64,000 nucleotides of DNA from an uncultured Phycisphaerales bacterium. Lineage in GTDB: Bacteria; Planctomycetota; Phycisphaerae; Sedimentisphaerales; Anaerobacaceae. The stretch is from the NCBI GenBank assembly GCA_963772725.1, contig CAVYYI010000002.1, forward strand, positions 192,001-256,000, in the 5' to 3' direction. Below the pieces are notes generated by a model that saw nothing but the letters and a program-made list of their open reading frames with translations, did no database searches and was not told the origin of the DNA. Positions 23,989-33,049 of the stretch are shown here, piece by piece. Made by a program: the position numbers and the translations under genes. Position 1 is the first letter of the stretch. Each line of letters starts with the position of its first letter.

Positions 23989-24894
23989 GTGCCAACAGAA
24001 CTGAAAGAAAAAGAATTCGATATCCTTAAAGCGGCGGCAGAATACCGGCTTCTCACTGCAAATCAGATTGCGATACTTTTGGGCAGGAATAAACAGTCTC
24101 TCAGAAGAAAATTAAGTGAGCTTGAAAATCAAGACTATCTGCTGGTACAGTTACACGAATTAGGCCGCAGCCGAGGTCGGCCTGATAGACTATTCAGCCT
24201 TACAGACCAGGGAATTAAGTTACTTAAATTGCAAGGTATTCTTGCCGAAAAAATACCTTGTGAAAATATACTGGCTGAAAGTATTTCAACTGTTGACCAT
24301 CAGTTGATGATGAACTGTTTCAGGATTCATTTGGTCTATCTGGAAAGAGTTGTTAAAAGAATCAAGGTTCAATTCCTATCCTGTAATTCACCATTTCTGC
24401 CTGTAACCGAGTCTGGTTATTGCTTTATAACAAATTTCGTGGCCGATGCCGCCGGCAAACGAATGTTCACTCCTGACGGTGTTTTTACAATAACCGATAC
24501 TATTGAAGCCAAAAGTCTTTTGTTTTTCCTTGAGGCAGACTGCGGTAGTGAGACCCTGGCGAGTCCGGAAAGGCACATCAGAGACATTAGGCAAAAGATT
24601 GCAAATTACGGTTCATACTTTGACAACCTGGGCTATAAAAGATACGAGGAATTCTGGAATTGCAGGCTGAATGGATTCCGGCTGCTGTTTCTTACCAATG
24701 CCTTATCAAGATTGAATAACCTTTGCAGACTTGTTCGCGAGATGCCGCCTTCTGATTATATCTGGCTGACCCAAAGTCAGGCCATGTTCAAGGAAGGTGT
24801 ATCTGGCAATATTTGGATTCGCGACGGCAATATTGAATCTTCCAGGCAATCTATTTTGGGCTCGCTATGCTGCCAGGCACTGCCTCCAGAATAG
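23989..24894 (+). CDS. Replication-relaxation (Replic_Relax) family protein, putative relaxase
   Basis: N-terminal wHTH (LTANQI...L), H-x-L, then PDG...FFLEADCGSE...KIANY PD-(D/E)XK-like core; RBS AAGGAG. Confidence 0.75.
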   Translation: MPTELKEKEFDILKAAAEYRLLTANQIAILLGRNKQSLRRKLSELENQDYLLVQLHELGRSRGRPDRLFSLTDQGIKLLKLQGILAEKIPCENILAESISTVDHQLMMNCFRIHLVYLERVVKRIKVQFLSCNSPFLPVTESGYCFITNFVADAAGKRMFTPDGVFTITDTIEAKSLLFFLEADCGSETLASPERHIRDIRQKIANYGSYFDNLGYKRYEEFWNCRLNGFRLLFLTNALSRLNNLCRLVREMPPSDYIWLTQSQAMFKEGVSGNIWIRDGNIESSRQSILGSLCCQALPPE

Positions 24895-24971
24895 ATCATT
24901 TCAACTTCATTTTAAATAGTCTTTTCGCCCCTTCAGGTTCTTAATTGTTTTGGGTATCTTACCTGAGCCCA

Positions 24972-25095
24972 AAAAAAGTCTCTTAATTGGCAAAAAAGTA
25001 CCGTAATTCGCAGTAAAAAAGTCTCCTAAATCGGCCAAATCAGCGAAAAAAGTATCTTAATCCAGGGTGCAGCATAGTAAAAAAGTACTTTAAAT
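24972..25095 (+). repeat. Five 17-bp direct repeats, approximate consensus AAAAAAGTMYYBTAAWT (iteron-like)
   Basis: Copies start at 24972, 24992, 25015, 25046 and 25079. Confidence 0.7.
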
Positions 25096-25514
25096 CAACT
25101 AACAAGCCACGAATAACCCTATTTATTACAATGGCTTATGACCGGTATCCTAAATCGACTATATATAAAAAGATACTATTTCAATTACAAACACAAGCAA
25201 AGTCATATACAAAGCCAATACGACCCGCAGACCACATGGAAAAGCTATACCCAAGCGTAAGTGGACGGGGGGCGGGGGTCCGCGAAGCTCCTTTTTATTA
25301 TTTACTGCCAAAATTCTTGACTGCCCTGACTATCCAATTTGCGTAATCGGGATCATAACGACCAGACAGTTCAATCGCCAATAAAAGGCCAGCTTAATGA
25401 ATCTTTTTGCGTTTCTACTTAACAGGATAATCATTTCATTCTGCCTTTCGTGATTCTGCTGAAAAGCGGATGTAACATAATTATTTGGCTTTTTTCTTTG
25501 CTTCTTCTGGCTGT

Positions 25515-25661
25515 CGCTCCGGCCCACGCAGACCCTTTATCGTAAATCTTTCCCCGCCTGCGGGCGGGGTCGGCCTTACGGCCTAAAGATTTATCGAAGG
25601 GTCTGCTAACGGGCCTCCGCTCTCTGTTTCCGGCGGTTCACCATAAAGTGGGTGAACCGCC
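25515..25661. repeat. Structured upstream repeat copy 1 (branched stem-loop plus CGGTTCAC palindrome)
   Basis: Highly similar to 25944-26090; nested inverted repeats. Confidence 0.85.
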
Positions 25662-25691
25662 CTTAAGCAGTTTACCCCGGAGGTAGTTGAA

Positions 25692-25928
25692 ATGAATACA
25701 TACAAATTGAAAGACATAGTCGGTTACATTCGCAGCTTCGGCAAGTTACCAATGGACGTGTACGGTCAGAGGTTATCGGTTGAGCAGCTTATGGAGTGGT
25801 TTGGTCTGGCTGAAAGTCTCACAGTTTATGAGCAGCAAAATGTCAAAATTGAACTGGCCTTGATGATAGAATCGGAGTTGTACATTGAGAGTGTTAAACA
25901 GGCTGAGCAGTTGAGTGCTTTTTCGTAG
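25692..25928 (+). CDS. Small hypothetical protein, paralog of 27573-27815
   Basis: RBS GGAGGT; shares MN.YK..DIV..(I/V)R..GKLP.D..GQ.LSV..LM.WF.L. Confidence 0.75.
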   Translation: MNTYKLKDIVGYIRSFGKLPMDVYGQRLSVEQLMEWFGLAESLTVYEQQNVKIELALMIESELYIESVKQAEQLSAFS

Positions 25929-25943
25929 TTTCTTTTTTTTGGC

Positions 25944-26090
25944 CGCTCCGGCCCATGCAGACCTTTTATCGTAAATCTCTCCCCGCCTGCGGGCGGGGTA
26001 GGCCTTACGGCCTAAAAATTTATCGAAGGGTTTGCTCTACGAGCCTTCGCTTTGCTGTTATTGTCGGTTCACTAATAAACAGGTGAACCG
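25944..26090. repeat. Structured upstream repeat copy 2
   Basis: Homologous to 25515-25661. Confidence 0.85.
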
Positions 26091-26122
26091 CCAATGGAAC
26101 GGTGCAGCTCGGAGGTACGAAA

Positions 26123-26320
26123 ATGTGTATAGGAGCAGATGAAGTTAATCCGCTTTGCGATGAGTGCTTTGCGAAATTGAAGTATCTGAAAAATGGTGAG
26201 GAATTTGAACCCTGCGAACACTGTAAGAAATCTCTGGAGCATTATTGCGAATGCTGTATGACTTACAAAAAAGACGAGATGATGGAAAACGGATGCTGTA
26301 AAAAATGCAGAGGTGAATAA
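26123..26320 (+). CDS. Small Cys-rich protein (four CxxC pairs)
   Basis: RBS GGAGGT before ATG 26123; CDEC, CEHC, CECC, CKKC. Confidence 0.6.
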   Translation: MCIGADEVNPLCDECFAKLKYLKNGEEFEPCEHCKKSLEHYCECCMTYKKDEMMENGCCKKCRGE

Positions 26321-26396
26321 AAAACACCTGGCTTACGTTATAATCGTTTAATTCCGCCTTTCGTAATGACTTGCCGAAAGGCGGAGTTGATTACAA

Positions 26397-26507
26397 ATGA
26401 AGAAAAAATGGTGTTATTGGTGTCCTGTGAGATTGAGCAATCCTGGAATTTTAGATTTTTGCAGTGGACCGTGCCCTGAAGAAGCATATGTTGAGGTAAA
26501 CAAGTAA
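26397..26507 (+). CDS. 36-aa Cys-containing microprotein (not in ORF track)
   Basis: GGAG RBS; MKKKWCYWCPVRLSNPGILDFCSGPCPEEAYVEVNK. Confidence 0.4.
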   Translation: MKKKWCYWCPVRLSNPGILDFCSGPCPEEAYVEVNK

Positions 26508-26910
26508 GTCAGTTTTTTTAATACAAAAACCAAAAGCTTTTACGGCTTAAACCCCTTTGGTTTAAGAATCCTGCAAATAGTTGATTTTTTCGAAGTTTCG
26601 GGGGCGGGCCGCTGATTTACTCCCTAATTATGATTTTCGGTTTTCAATAATACTGCTCGAAGGCATTCGAGCCTATCTATTTTTCTGCGGAAAACCGTAA
26701 ATCATTTACGGGATTAAATCACCAGCCCCGCTCCAGCCAGAAACTTCAAAAAAATCAAGGCCGTGCTTCCGCCTTCTCATCTAATAGGGAGAGCCGGTAT
26801 TTATAATAAACAATTTTACACCGGCTGCTTGCTATTAGGTTCGAAGGCGGACTCCACGGCCTTTTTCCTTCCCCCTCCGTCTTTCGCAATAGATTGTCGA
26901 AAGACGGAGG

Positions 26911-27495
26911 TTGTTTCAGATGAAAAAAGAAACAAAATTTGAAGTGTATGAGGATGTAGAGGTAGCTGAGTCGCCGCTTCTCAGACGCAAACGCAGCAAC
27001 AGATACGGCAGCATACCAGACCTCGATAACGAGGACTTAATAGAGCCGGCAGAGATTGAAAGGATATTTATGAAGGAGGCTTTCGCCCCTATACTGGCTT
27101 TGCCTGTAAAGACCCGCAAAGGCTGGATTAGACCGAATGTCGATGAGGATGGTACAATCGAATTGGGTGCTTTTGCAACGGTTGATTTTGACAGGTACGT
27201 AGATTTTGACAAGGCATTGTACAAGGCAGAAAAACTCAAGGAAGAGCTTTATAATGAGCGGCTTATGATGGAGATGATAAGCGAGAAGATAAAAACCAAG
27301 GCAAAGTACAAAGTGATAAAGTATGTTTCGATGGGCATCATTGATGTCGATGACATCAATGACGTTAATATGTACTGCCTGGCCAAGCGGTGTCTGCGGG
27401 CAAGACGGTTGCAGCGTGAGATTGCAGAACTTCAGGAGCAAAGCAGGAAGAGACGCCAGGCAATGGCAGAGAAGTTTTTGGAGTCGCTGGATTAG
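26911..27495 (+). CDS. Hypothetical protein (probable start ATG 26920)
   Basis: GGAGG RBS at 26906-26910; charged, helical C-terminus. Confidence 0.7.
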   Translation: MFQMKKETKFEVYEDVEVAESPLLRRKRSNRYGSIPDLDNEDLIEPAEIERIFMKEAFAPILALPVKTRKGWIRPNVDEDGTIELGAFATVDFDRYVDFDKALYKAEKLKEELYNERLMMEMISEKIKTKAKYKVIKYVSMGIIDVDDINDVNMYCLAKRCLRARRLQREIAELQEQSRKRRQAMAEKFLESLD

Positions 27496-27572
27496 CGACT
27501 CCGGTTTTTGCTGCATCGGTTCACTATAGAGAAAGTGAACCGACTCAGCTTGGTTGAATCGGAGGGATTGAA

Positions 27573-27815
27573 ATGAACATATACAAAAAGCAGGACATCG
27601 TTGCCTTTGTACGCAGACAGGGAAAGCTTCCTACTGACCAATTCGGCCAGATTTTATCTGTGGATGACCTTATGTCGTGGTTTGAGCTGGATGAGTGTCT
27701 TAACCGGTATGAGCAGGAGGTTATCAAAAAAGAGCTGGCTGCACTGGTTGATGCCGAGCAGGCTTTGGAGAAGCTCAAGCTGATGGAATTGGCTCGCACA
27801 AATATGTCATCGTAA
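27573..27815 (+). CDS. Small hypothetical protein, paralog of 25692-25928
   Basis: RBS GGAGG; sequence similarity to the paralog. Confidence 0.75.
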   Translation: MNIYKKQDIVAFVRRQGKLPTDQFGQILSVDDLMSWFELDECLNRYEQEVIKKELAALVDAEQALEKLKLMELARTNMSS

Positions 27816-27922
27816 ACTTTCCCTTGTCATGCTCCGTTTTCGACGTTGGGCTGCTGCCGCCGATTGAAATCGGCGGCTTCTTCCCAACTTTCAGGGGGCC
27901 TGCGGCCCCCTGACCCCCATTT

Positions 27923-29168
27923 GAGACCTCTGAAAAACTATGCATTTTTTACAAAACATTAATGCAATTATCAGCGGATATGATATAATGCGTCCATTCA
28001 ATAGTCAATTTTATTGCATGGAGGCAAAGATTATGGAACGCACAAGCAATCAACCAACATTTCTCGACAGTTTAACCTCTGACCTCGGCGGTCGTCGCAC
28101 TGCTCAATTTTTTCAAAAATGCGACCAGCTTATACCATGGAACGAACTTGCTGAGCCGTTAAGGGATATGTACAAGAACAACACCGACAAAGGCGGAGCA
28201 TCGAATTATCCACTTGTAATGATGATAAAATGCATAATGCTGCAAAAGTGGTTTAATCTTTCCGACCCGATGCTCGAAGAGATGCTCTGTGACCGTATAT
28301 CCTTCAGACGATTTGTAGGCCTTAAGATGGAACAGGATGCACCTGATGAAACTACTTTTGTGCAGTTTCGCAAGCGTCTTAATATAAACGGCCATATAGC
28401 TACATTATTTGATAAGACTATCGCCATACTCAAAAGTCGCGGCGTTATACTCGAGGAAGGGACCTGTGTTGATGCCACTATAATAGAAGCGCCTCGCGGC
28501 AGAACTGGCAAAGACGGTATTTCCAGCACCAAAGACAAGGCGGCAGGTTATACGAAAAAGCGTGGCAGAATATATCACGGCTATAAGGGCCATATTGCTA
28601 CTGACTGTAACGGCATGATTAAAGACTACCGTTTCGATACCGCCTCAACCCATGACAGCAGGTATATTGACGAACTTGTCGAGGATGAGAAGGACAGTGT
28701 CTTTGCTGATAGTGCATATATGGATAAAGACCGAAAGGCAAAACTGGAGGAACGCGGCGTGTTCTGCGGAATTATTCAAAAACGAGTTCGCGGCCAGAAG
28801 GAATTAACAGCCTCACAGAAATTGCATAACCGTCTGGTGGCGGGAATTCGGGCGGTGGTTGAACATCCGTTTGCGTGGATGAAGAATACCGGCTACGGCA
28901 GGACTCGATATCGAGGTATGAGGCGTAACGCCTTTGATTTTGGGTTACATGTAATAGCGTACAATTGGAAAAGGAGTTTTAGCCTGGTGAGTATTGCCGG
29001 ATAACGGACAAAGCCGGCGATAAGTGTACAAAAAGATATACCAAAGGCATAAAAGAATCCTTTGGTAAGGCGAGAAAACAGTTTTTGCGGTGTATCGAAA
29101 TAATTTTTCGAAGCACTTCAAGCAAAAATATAAGAGAATAATAAAATGTGAGGTTTTTCAGAGGTCTC
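27923..29168 (+). mobile_element. IS5-family element with transposase (27940-29004)
   Basis: TIR GAGACCTCTGAAAAAC; 4-bp duplication ATTT; DUF772-like LQKWFNLSD, PDETT, VDAT, ADSAY, RAVVEHPF. Confidence 0.95.
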
Positions 29169-29291
29169 ATTTGTCAAATTATGATTTCTTTAAGATTTAC
29201 TGAAAAGTTTATAAGCTCGCCAAGACCCTCTTAACACAATGGTGGTAAGAGGGTCTTTCACGTCAGATGAAGGATACCCGAGGTAAATAAA

Positions 29292-29579
29292 ATGAATGGA
29301 CAACAAACACCCATAGCCAAGTTTCAGGCCGGTCAGGTCTCAGCGGCTCTTTGGGAAAACCAGGTGGAAATAAAGGGCAGAGCCGTCACTCTGTTAAAGG
29401 CAACGGTACAGCGAAGATACAAGGACAGGGACGGCAACTGGCAGTCTTCGGGGTCGTTTGGCAGGAACGAAATACCGCTGGCTATCTACTGCCTTCAGAA
29501 GGCATTTGAGAAGATTATCGAAAACCAAAAAGACAAATCTAACGGAGATAATGTGGAAGAGATTTCGATGGTGGAGTGA
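29292..29579 (+). CDS. Small beta-rich protein, possible PC4/SpoVG-like ssDNA-binding protein
   Basis: G.VSAALWEN...RRYKD.DGNWQSSGSF pattern; RBS GAGGT. Confidence 0.6.
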   Translation: MNGQQTPIAKFQAGQVSAALWENQVEIKGRAVTLLKATVQRRYKDRDGNWQSSGSFGRNEIPLAIYCLQKAFEKIIENQKDKSNGDNVEEISMVE

Positions 29580-29651
29580 CAGTATGAAAGCCCTCTTCTC
29601 TCGAATGCGAAGAGGGCTTGTCGCTTCTTATAACAAGTCGAAGGTGAAAAA

Positions 29652-29943
29652 ATGGAAAAAAACAAAAAATGTCAATGAAGCCAGCCCACGGGCTTTACCT
29701 GTAGTTTTGTATAAGGGTGAGCAGTATTTTGCAGACCTACAGCTTAACGAATTCAGGCCTGTTCAGGGACTATTGGAATCGATACCTTTTGACGGTGAAG
29801 AAGGCAGGATTATGTGCAGGGATATCGGTGTAGTTATCTGCAAAAGTTGCGGAATGAGTGCGATTATTTCAAAGGTTTTTGAAGAGAAACAGCTTCGATG
29901 TATGCAATGTTTCAGCCGTGAGCTTGCACCGTTGTATGAATAA
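29652..29943 (+). CDS. Hypothetical protein with C-terminal zinc ribbon (frameshift in A-run just after ATG)
   Basis: AAGGTG RBS plus ATG 29652; RALP...YFADLQLNEFR...CKSC...CMQC. Confidence 0.55.
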
Positions 29944-30008
29944 TAAGGAATTGTAACGCCGGCGGTTTTGCGGTCAATCGGCCCAACCGCCATATTATTA
30001 CGGCAAGG

Positions 30009-30347
30009 ATGGAGATGGGAAAAATGCAAATGGAAACAAACCAGATATCGCGGGACTGGACAATCCTGCACAACGGCAGAAAATTCTATGTGAACTACAC
30101 TGACAGCGACGGCCAGACACTAGCATTGCTCAATAGAAATAACTGGGAGGTTTTAGAAGAAACTGATGAGGGAACAGAAGAACTGGATATGTATAGCTTC
30201 AGCACCGACACACTGCAGCGAAAGAAAGCCGTAGAGGAGAATATCAGACTCGCTGAGGAACTGATAAAATTCTGCGTCAAGAACTGGGACAATAAGTTTA
30301 TGCAGGAAATAAAGAAAGAGATGGAACAGCAGCTCAACATTCCTTAA
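30009..30347 (+). CDS. Small acidic hypothetical protein
   Basis: Open frame with GGA-rich RBS, same strand as the array. Confidence 0.65.
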   Translation: MEMGKMQMETNQISRDWTILHNGRKFYVNYTDSDGQTLALLNRNNWEVLEETDEGTEELDMYSFSTDTLQRKKAVEENIRLAEELIKFCVKNWDNKFMQEIKKEMEQQLNIP

Positions 30348-30705
30348 TTCAGACAGTCCTCACAGACTTGGCTCAGCCATTTTTCAAACTCGATGCCGGC
30401 CACGATAGACTCTTTTTCCCCGGGGGCGGCCCTTGAATATTCTCTGGACAGTCTGGCCGCTCTATTGTCGGAGTTCTGCTGCAGAAGCCGTAATATTTGT
30501 TCTTTCATTTTTCGCATAATAGATCACCGGCACAGGGAGAAGCCATTTACTTTATAAATCTTTTGCAGATTTGCCGGATGCCTGGTTTTTATCCTTCAGC
30601 AGCCACCTGGCCATCTTATTTACCGGTCAGTAGCAACGAAAACCGGAAGATTTAAATACTCGGGCGTATTTACTACCGAAAAGGAATAATTTAAAAGGTG
30701 GTAAA

Positions 30706-31320
30706 ATGGATGAAATCGCTCTGGCAAAAGGCCCCGTCTTCGACGTGGGATATGTACCGTATTTTTACCAGTCAGGAAAATTTCTATTCTATAGTCTGCC
30801 AGCCAAACCCCCAGTAAGAGAACCATTAAATCAAGCGTACGCCCGGTATGATTTTACCTCCGACATAATGTCTAAAAGGAACTGGCCAAGACAAACAACA
30901 GTAGAAGATATTATCAGCAGAGGCTATTTCGCTGCTCCGCAATCCGAGCCTGAGATGGCAATCATTTCTGATAAAAAGCACACCTCAAAACTTGGTCTTG
31001 ATGATGTAATCAGCCAGGTAAGAAACAGATACCAGATTTACGAAAAAAACATGTACCAACTCGAATTGGGCAAGTGCTATGCGCTAAATTCAATTTTTTC
31101 TGTTGAGGCTGATCGTGGCGGGGTGAGAATGAGCAGTCGTGAAGCATATAGTCTCAGCAAGAGTCTGCGAGAGTTTTATGAGCAGCAGCGTGATGAACGA
31201 AAAAGTCTCTGGGCTGACGTTTCAAAACTGAAACTTCTATTGCCGGAACAGGCACAAAGCTATCTTTCCTCATACAGGAAGCTGTCGATTTTAGATGGTC
31301 TGGAAGGTGATGAACCTTGA
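30706..31320 (+). CDS. Hypothetical helical protein coupled to the ATPase
   Basis: Stop overlaps ATPase start; true start may be 30868. Confidence 0.65.
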   Translation: MDEIALAKGPVFDVGYVPYFYQSGKFLFYSLPAKPPVREPLNQAYARYDFTSDIMSKRNWPRQTTVEDIISRGYFAAPQSEPEMAIISDKKHTSKLGLDDVISQVRNRYQIYEKNMYQLELGKCYALNSIFSVEADRGGVRMSSREAYSLSKSLREFYEQQRDERKSLWADVSKLKLLLPEQAQSYLSSYRKLSILDGLEGDEP

Positions 31321-33049
31321 TGACAAGAGTTCAGGAACTATGCCGCAAGTTAAAGCCTGTTTTAGGCAAAAAGATAGATCGCTTATGGAGAGCCTATTTA
31401 TCTGAATCAGACCCCGGGGGCAAGGCCGATGTCGAACAGACACTGGAACTTCTGGCGGCAAAATATCTGGGTACAGATTTTGAATTCGACCGCTCGCCTT
31501 TCACGCCGCCGCCAAAGGAGTTTGCTGCAGCCGGGGATATTGAGCTTGGTGCCGTCTCCTACGCAAATAAGAAGTTGTATCCCTTCTTTTTCAAAAGCAA
31601 CCGCCTGAAGGAACATATCCTTGTAGCCGGCAGGAGCGGCTCTGGCAAGACCAATCTTACATTCGTGCTTATGCAGGGCATTATGTCCCGCGGTATTAAG
31701 GTACTCGCCCTGGATTGGAAACGAGGATACCGGGACCTGATGAGCCTCTATCCCGAACTTCGTGTTTATACCGTTGGCAGAGACATATCGCCATTGCGGT
31801 TCAATCCTCTGATACCGCCTGCCGGCTGTGAGCCTCATATCTGGATTAAACTTATTGTTGATGTTATTGCCAATTCATATCTTGGCGGAGAAGGTGTCAT
31901 CAGCTTATTAGTTGCGGGACTTGACCATTTGTACCGCGAGGCCGGGGTATTCGATAAACAGCAAAATCGATGGCCGACAATCCAGGATTTACTTGTCTGG
32001 CTAAAGACAGGGAAGCTCAAAGGCAGGGCTGCAATGTGGCAGGCCTCGGCGGAAAGAATACTGCTTGCAATGACTTATGGTGAATTCGGGGCAGTTCTCA
32101 ATACCCAGGACAATAGTCACGTTGCAGAGCTTTTGAATTGCAACGCAGTTCTTGAAATGGACGGACTATCCGGTTCTTCAGATAAAACAATGTTCTCGGA
32201 GGCACTGACGTTGTACCTTTACCGGTATCGTCTCGCACAGGGCCCGCAGGATAAGCTCACTAACGTTATCATCCTTGAAGAAGCTCATAACCTGCTATTG
32301 AAGAAGTCATCGGAATCAAAGGAATCTATTCTTGAGACATCTATAAGAATGGTAAGGCAGTACGGATTAGGTTATGTCTTTGTAGATCAATCGGCGAGTC
32401 TTTTATCTAAAGTTGCATTTGCTAATAGTTACGCGACTATTGCCCTGAGCCAGAAGCTTCGCTCAGATGTGCAGGAAATTTCGGGGGCAATGAATCTTAC
32501 GGATGAGCAGAAGCAGGCATTGAACACGTTGCCTATAGGTACCGCTGTTGTCAGGCTGGCCGATGAGTACCCGGAACCATTTGTCGTTAAAATCCGCCGT
32601 TGTCCGATTAGAGAAGGCTGCATCTCGGATAAGGCAATTAAAGCCAGATGGGGGACTAATTACACCGATACCGGCTCGAATAGTTTTATACAGGCTTCTT
32701 GTGAAGCAGTTCCACCTGTTCTGTCCCCTGATAAAAATGAAAATAAACGGGAAACAATCAATACTGAAAATAATAAAGATACCCACCCACCATCCCCCAG
32801 TATAGCAGAGAATAAAAAATCCTCTGCTATAGTTACCAATCCACCAGTGAAAGAGTTGAACCGTGAAGAGATACGGTTTTTAGCCGATATAGCGGTAAGG
32901 CCACTATCAACAACCGTATCCCGCTATCAGCGGCTCAACCTTTCCCGCCGTCGCGGCAATGCCATCCGCCAGCAGCTCGCAGCTGCCGATATTATAAAAC
33001 CTGTCACTATAGCTACCCGCTCCGGGCAGGTTGTATTATATGAACTAAC
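31317..33049 (+). pseudogene. HerA/VirB4/TraD-like P-loop ATPase (DUF87-type), C-terminus truncated by IS66
   Basis: HILVAGRSGSGKT, LDWK, FNPL, IILEEAHNLL, RQYG...VDQ; low-complexity linker then a wHTH-like start cut by the IS. Confidence 0.8.

Noticed and set aside
24972..26090. CRISPR or TIGR-like guide array
   Set aside because: Repeats are degenerate with irregular 3-16 nt gaps, or occur only twice; no cas-like or Nop-domain gene is present
25692..27815. Diversity-generating retroelement TR/VR pair
   Set aside because: No reverse transcriptase in the window, and the paralog differences are not adenine-specific
25420..30010. Classical integron cassette array
   Set aside because: No IntI; the palindromes precede genes with RBSs and lack the RYYYAAC/GTTRRRY attC ends
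30344..30517. 57-codon minus-strand ORF (MRKMKEQILRLLQQ...CEDCLN)
   Set aside because: Plausible but short, with no recognisable motif or clear RBS; not enough support to call
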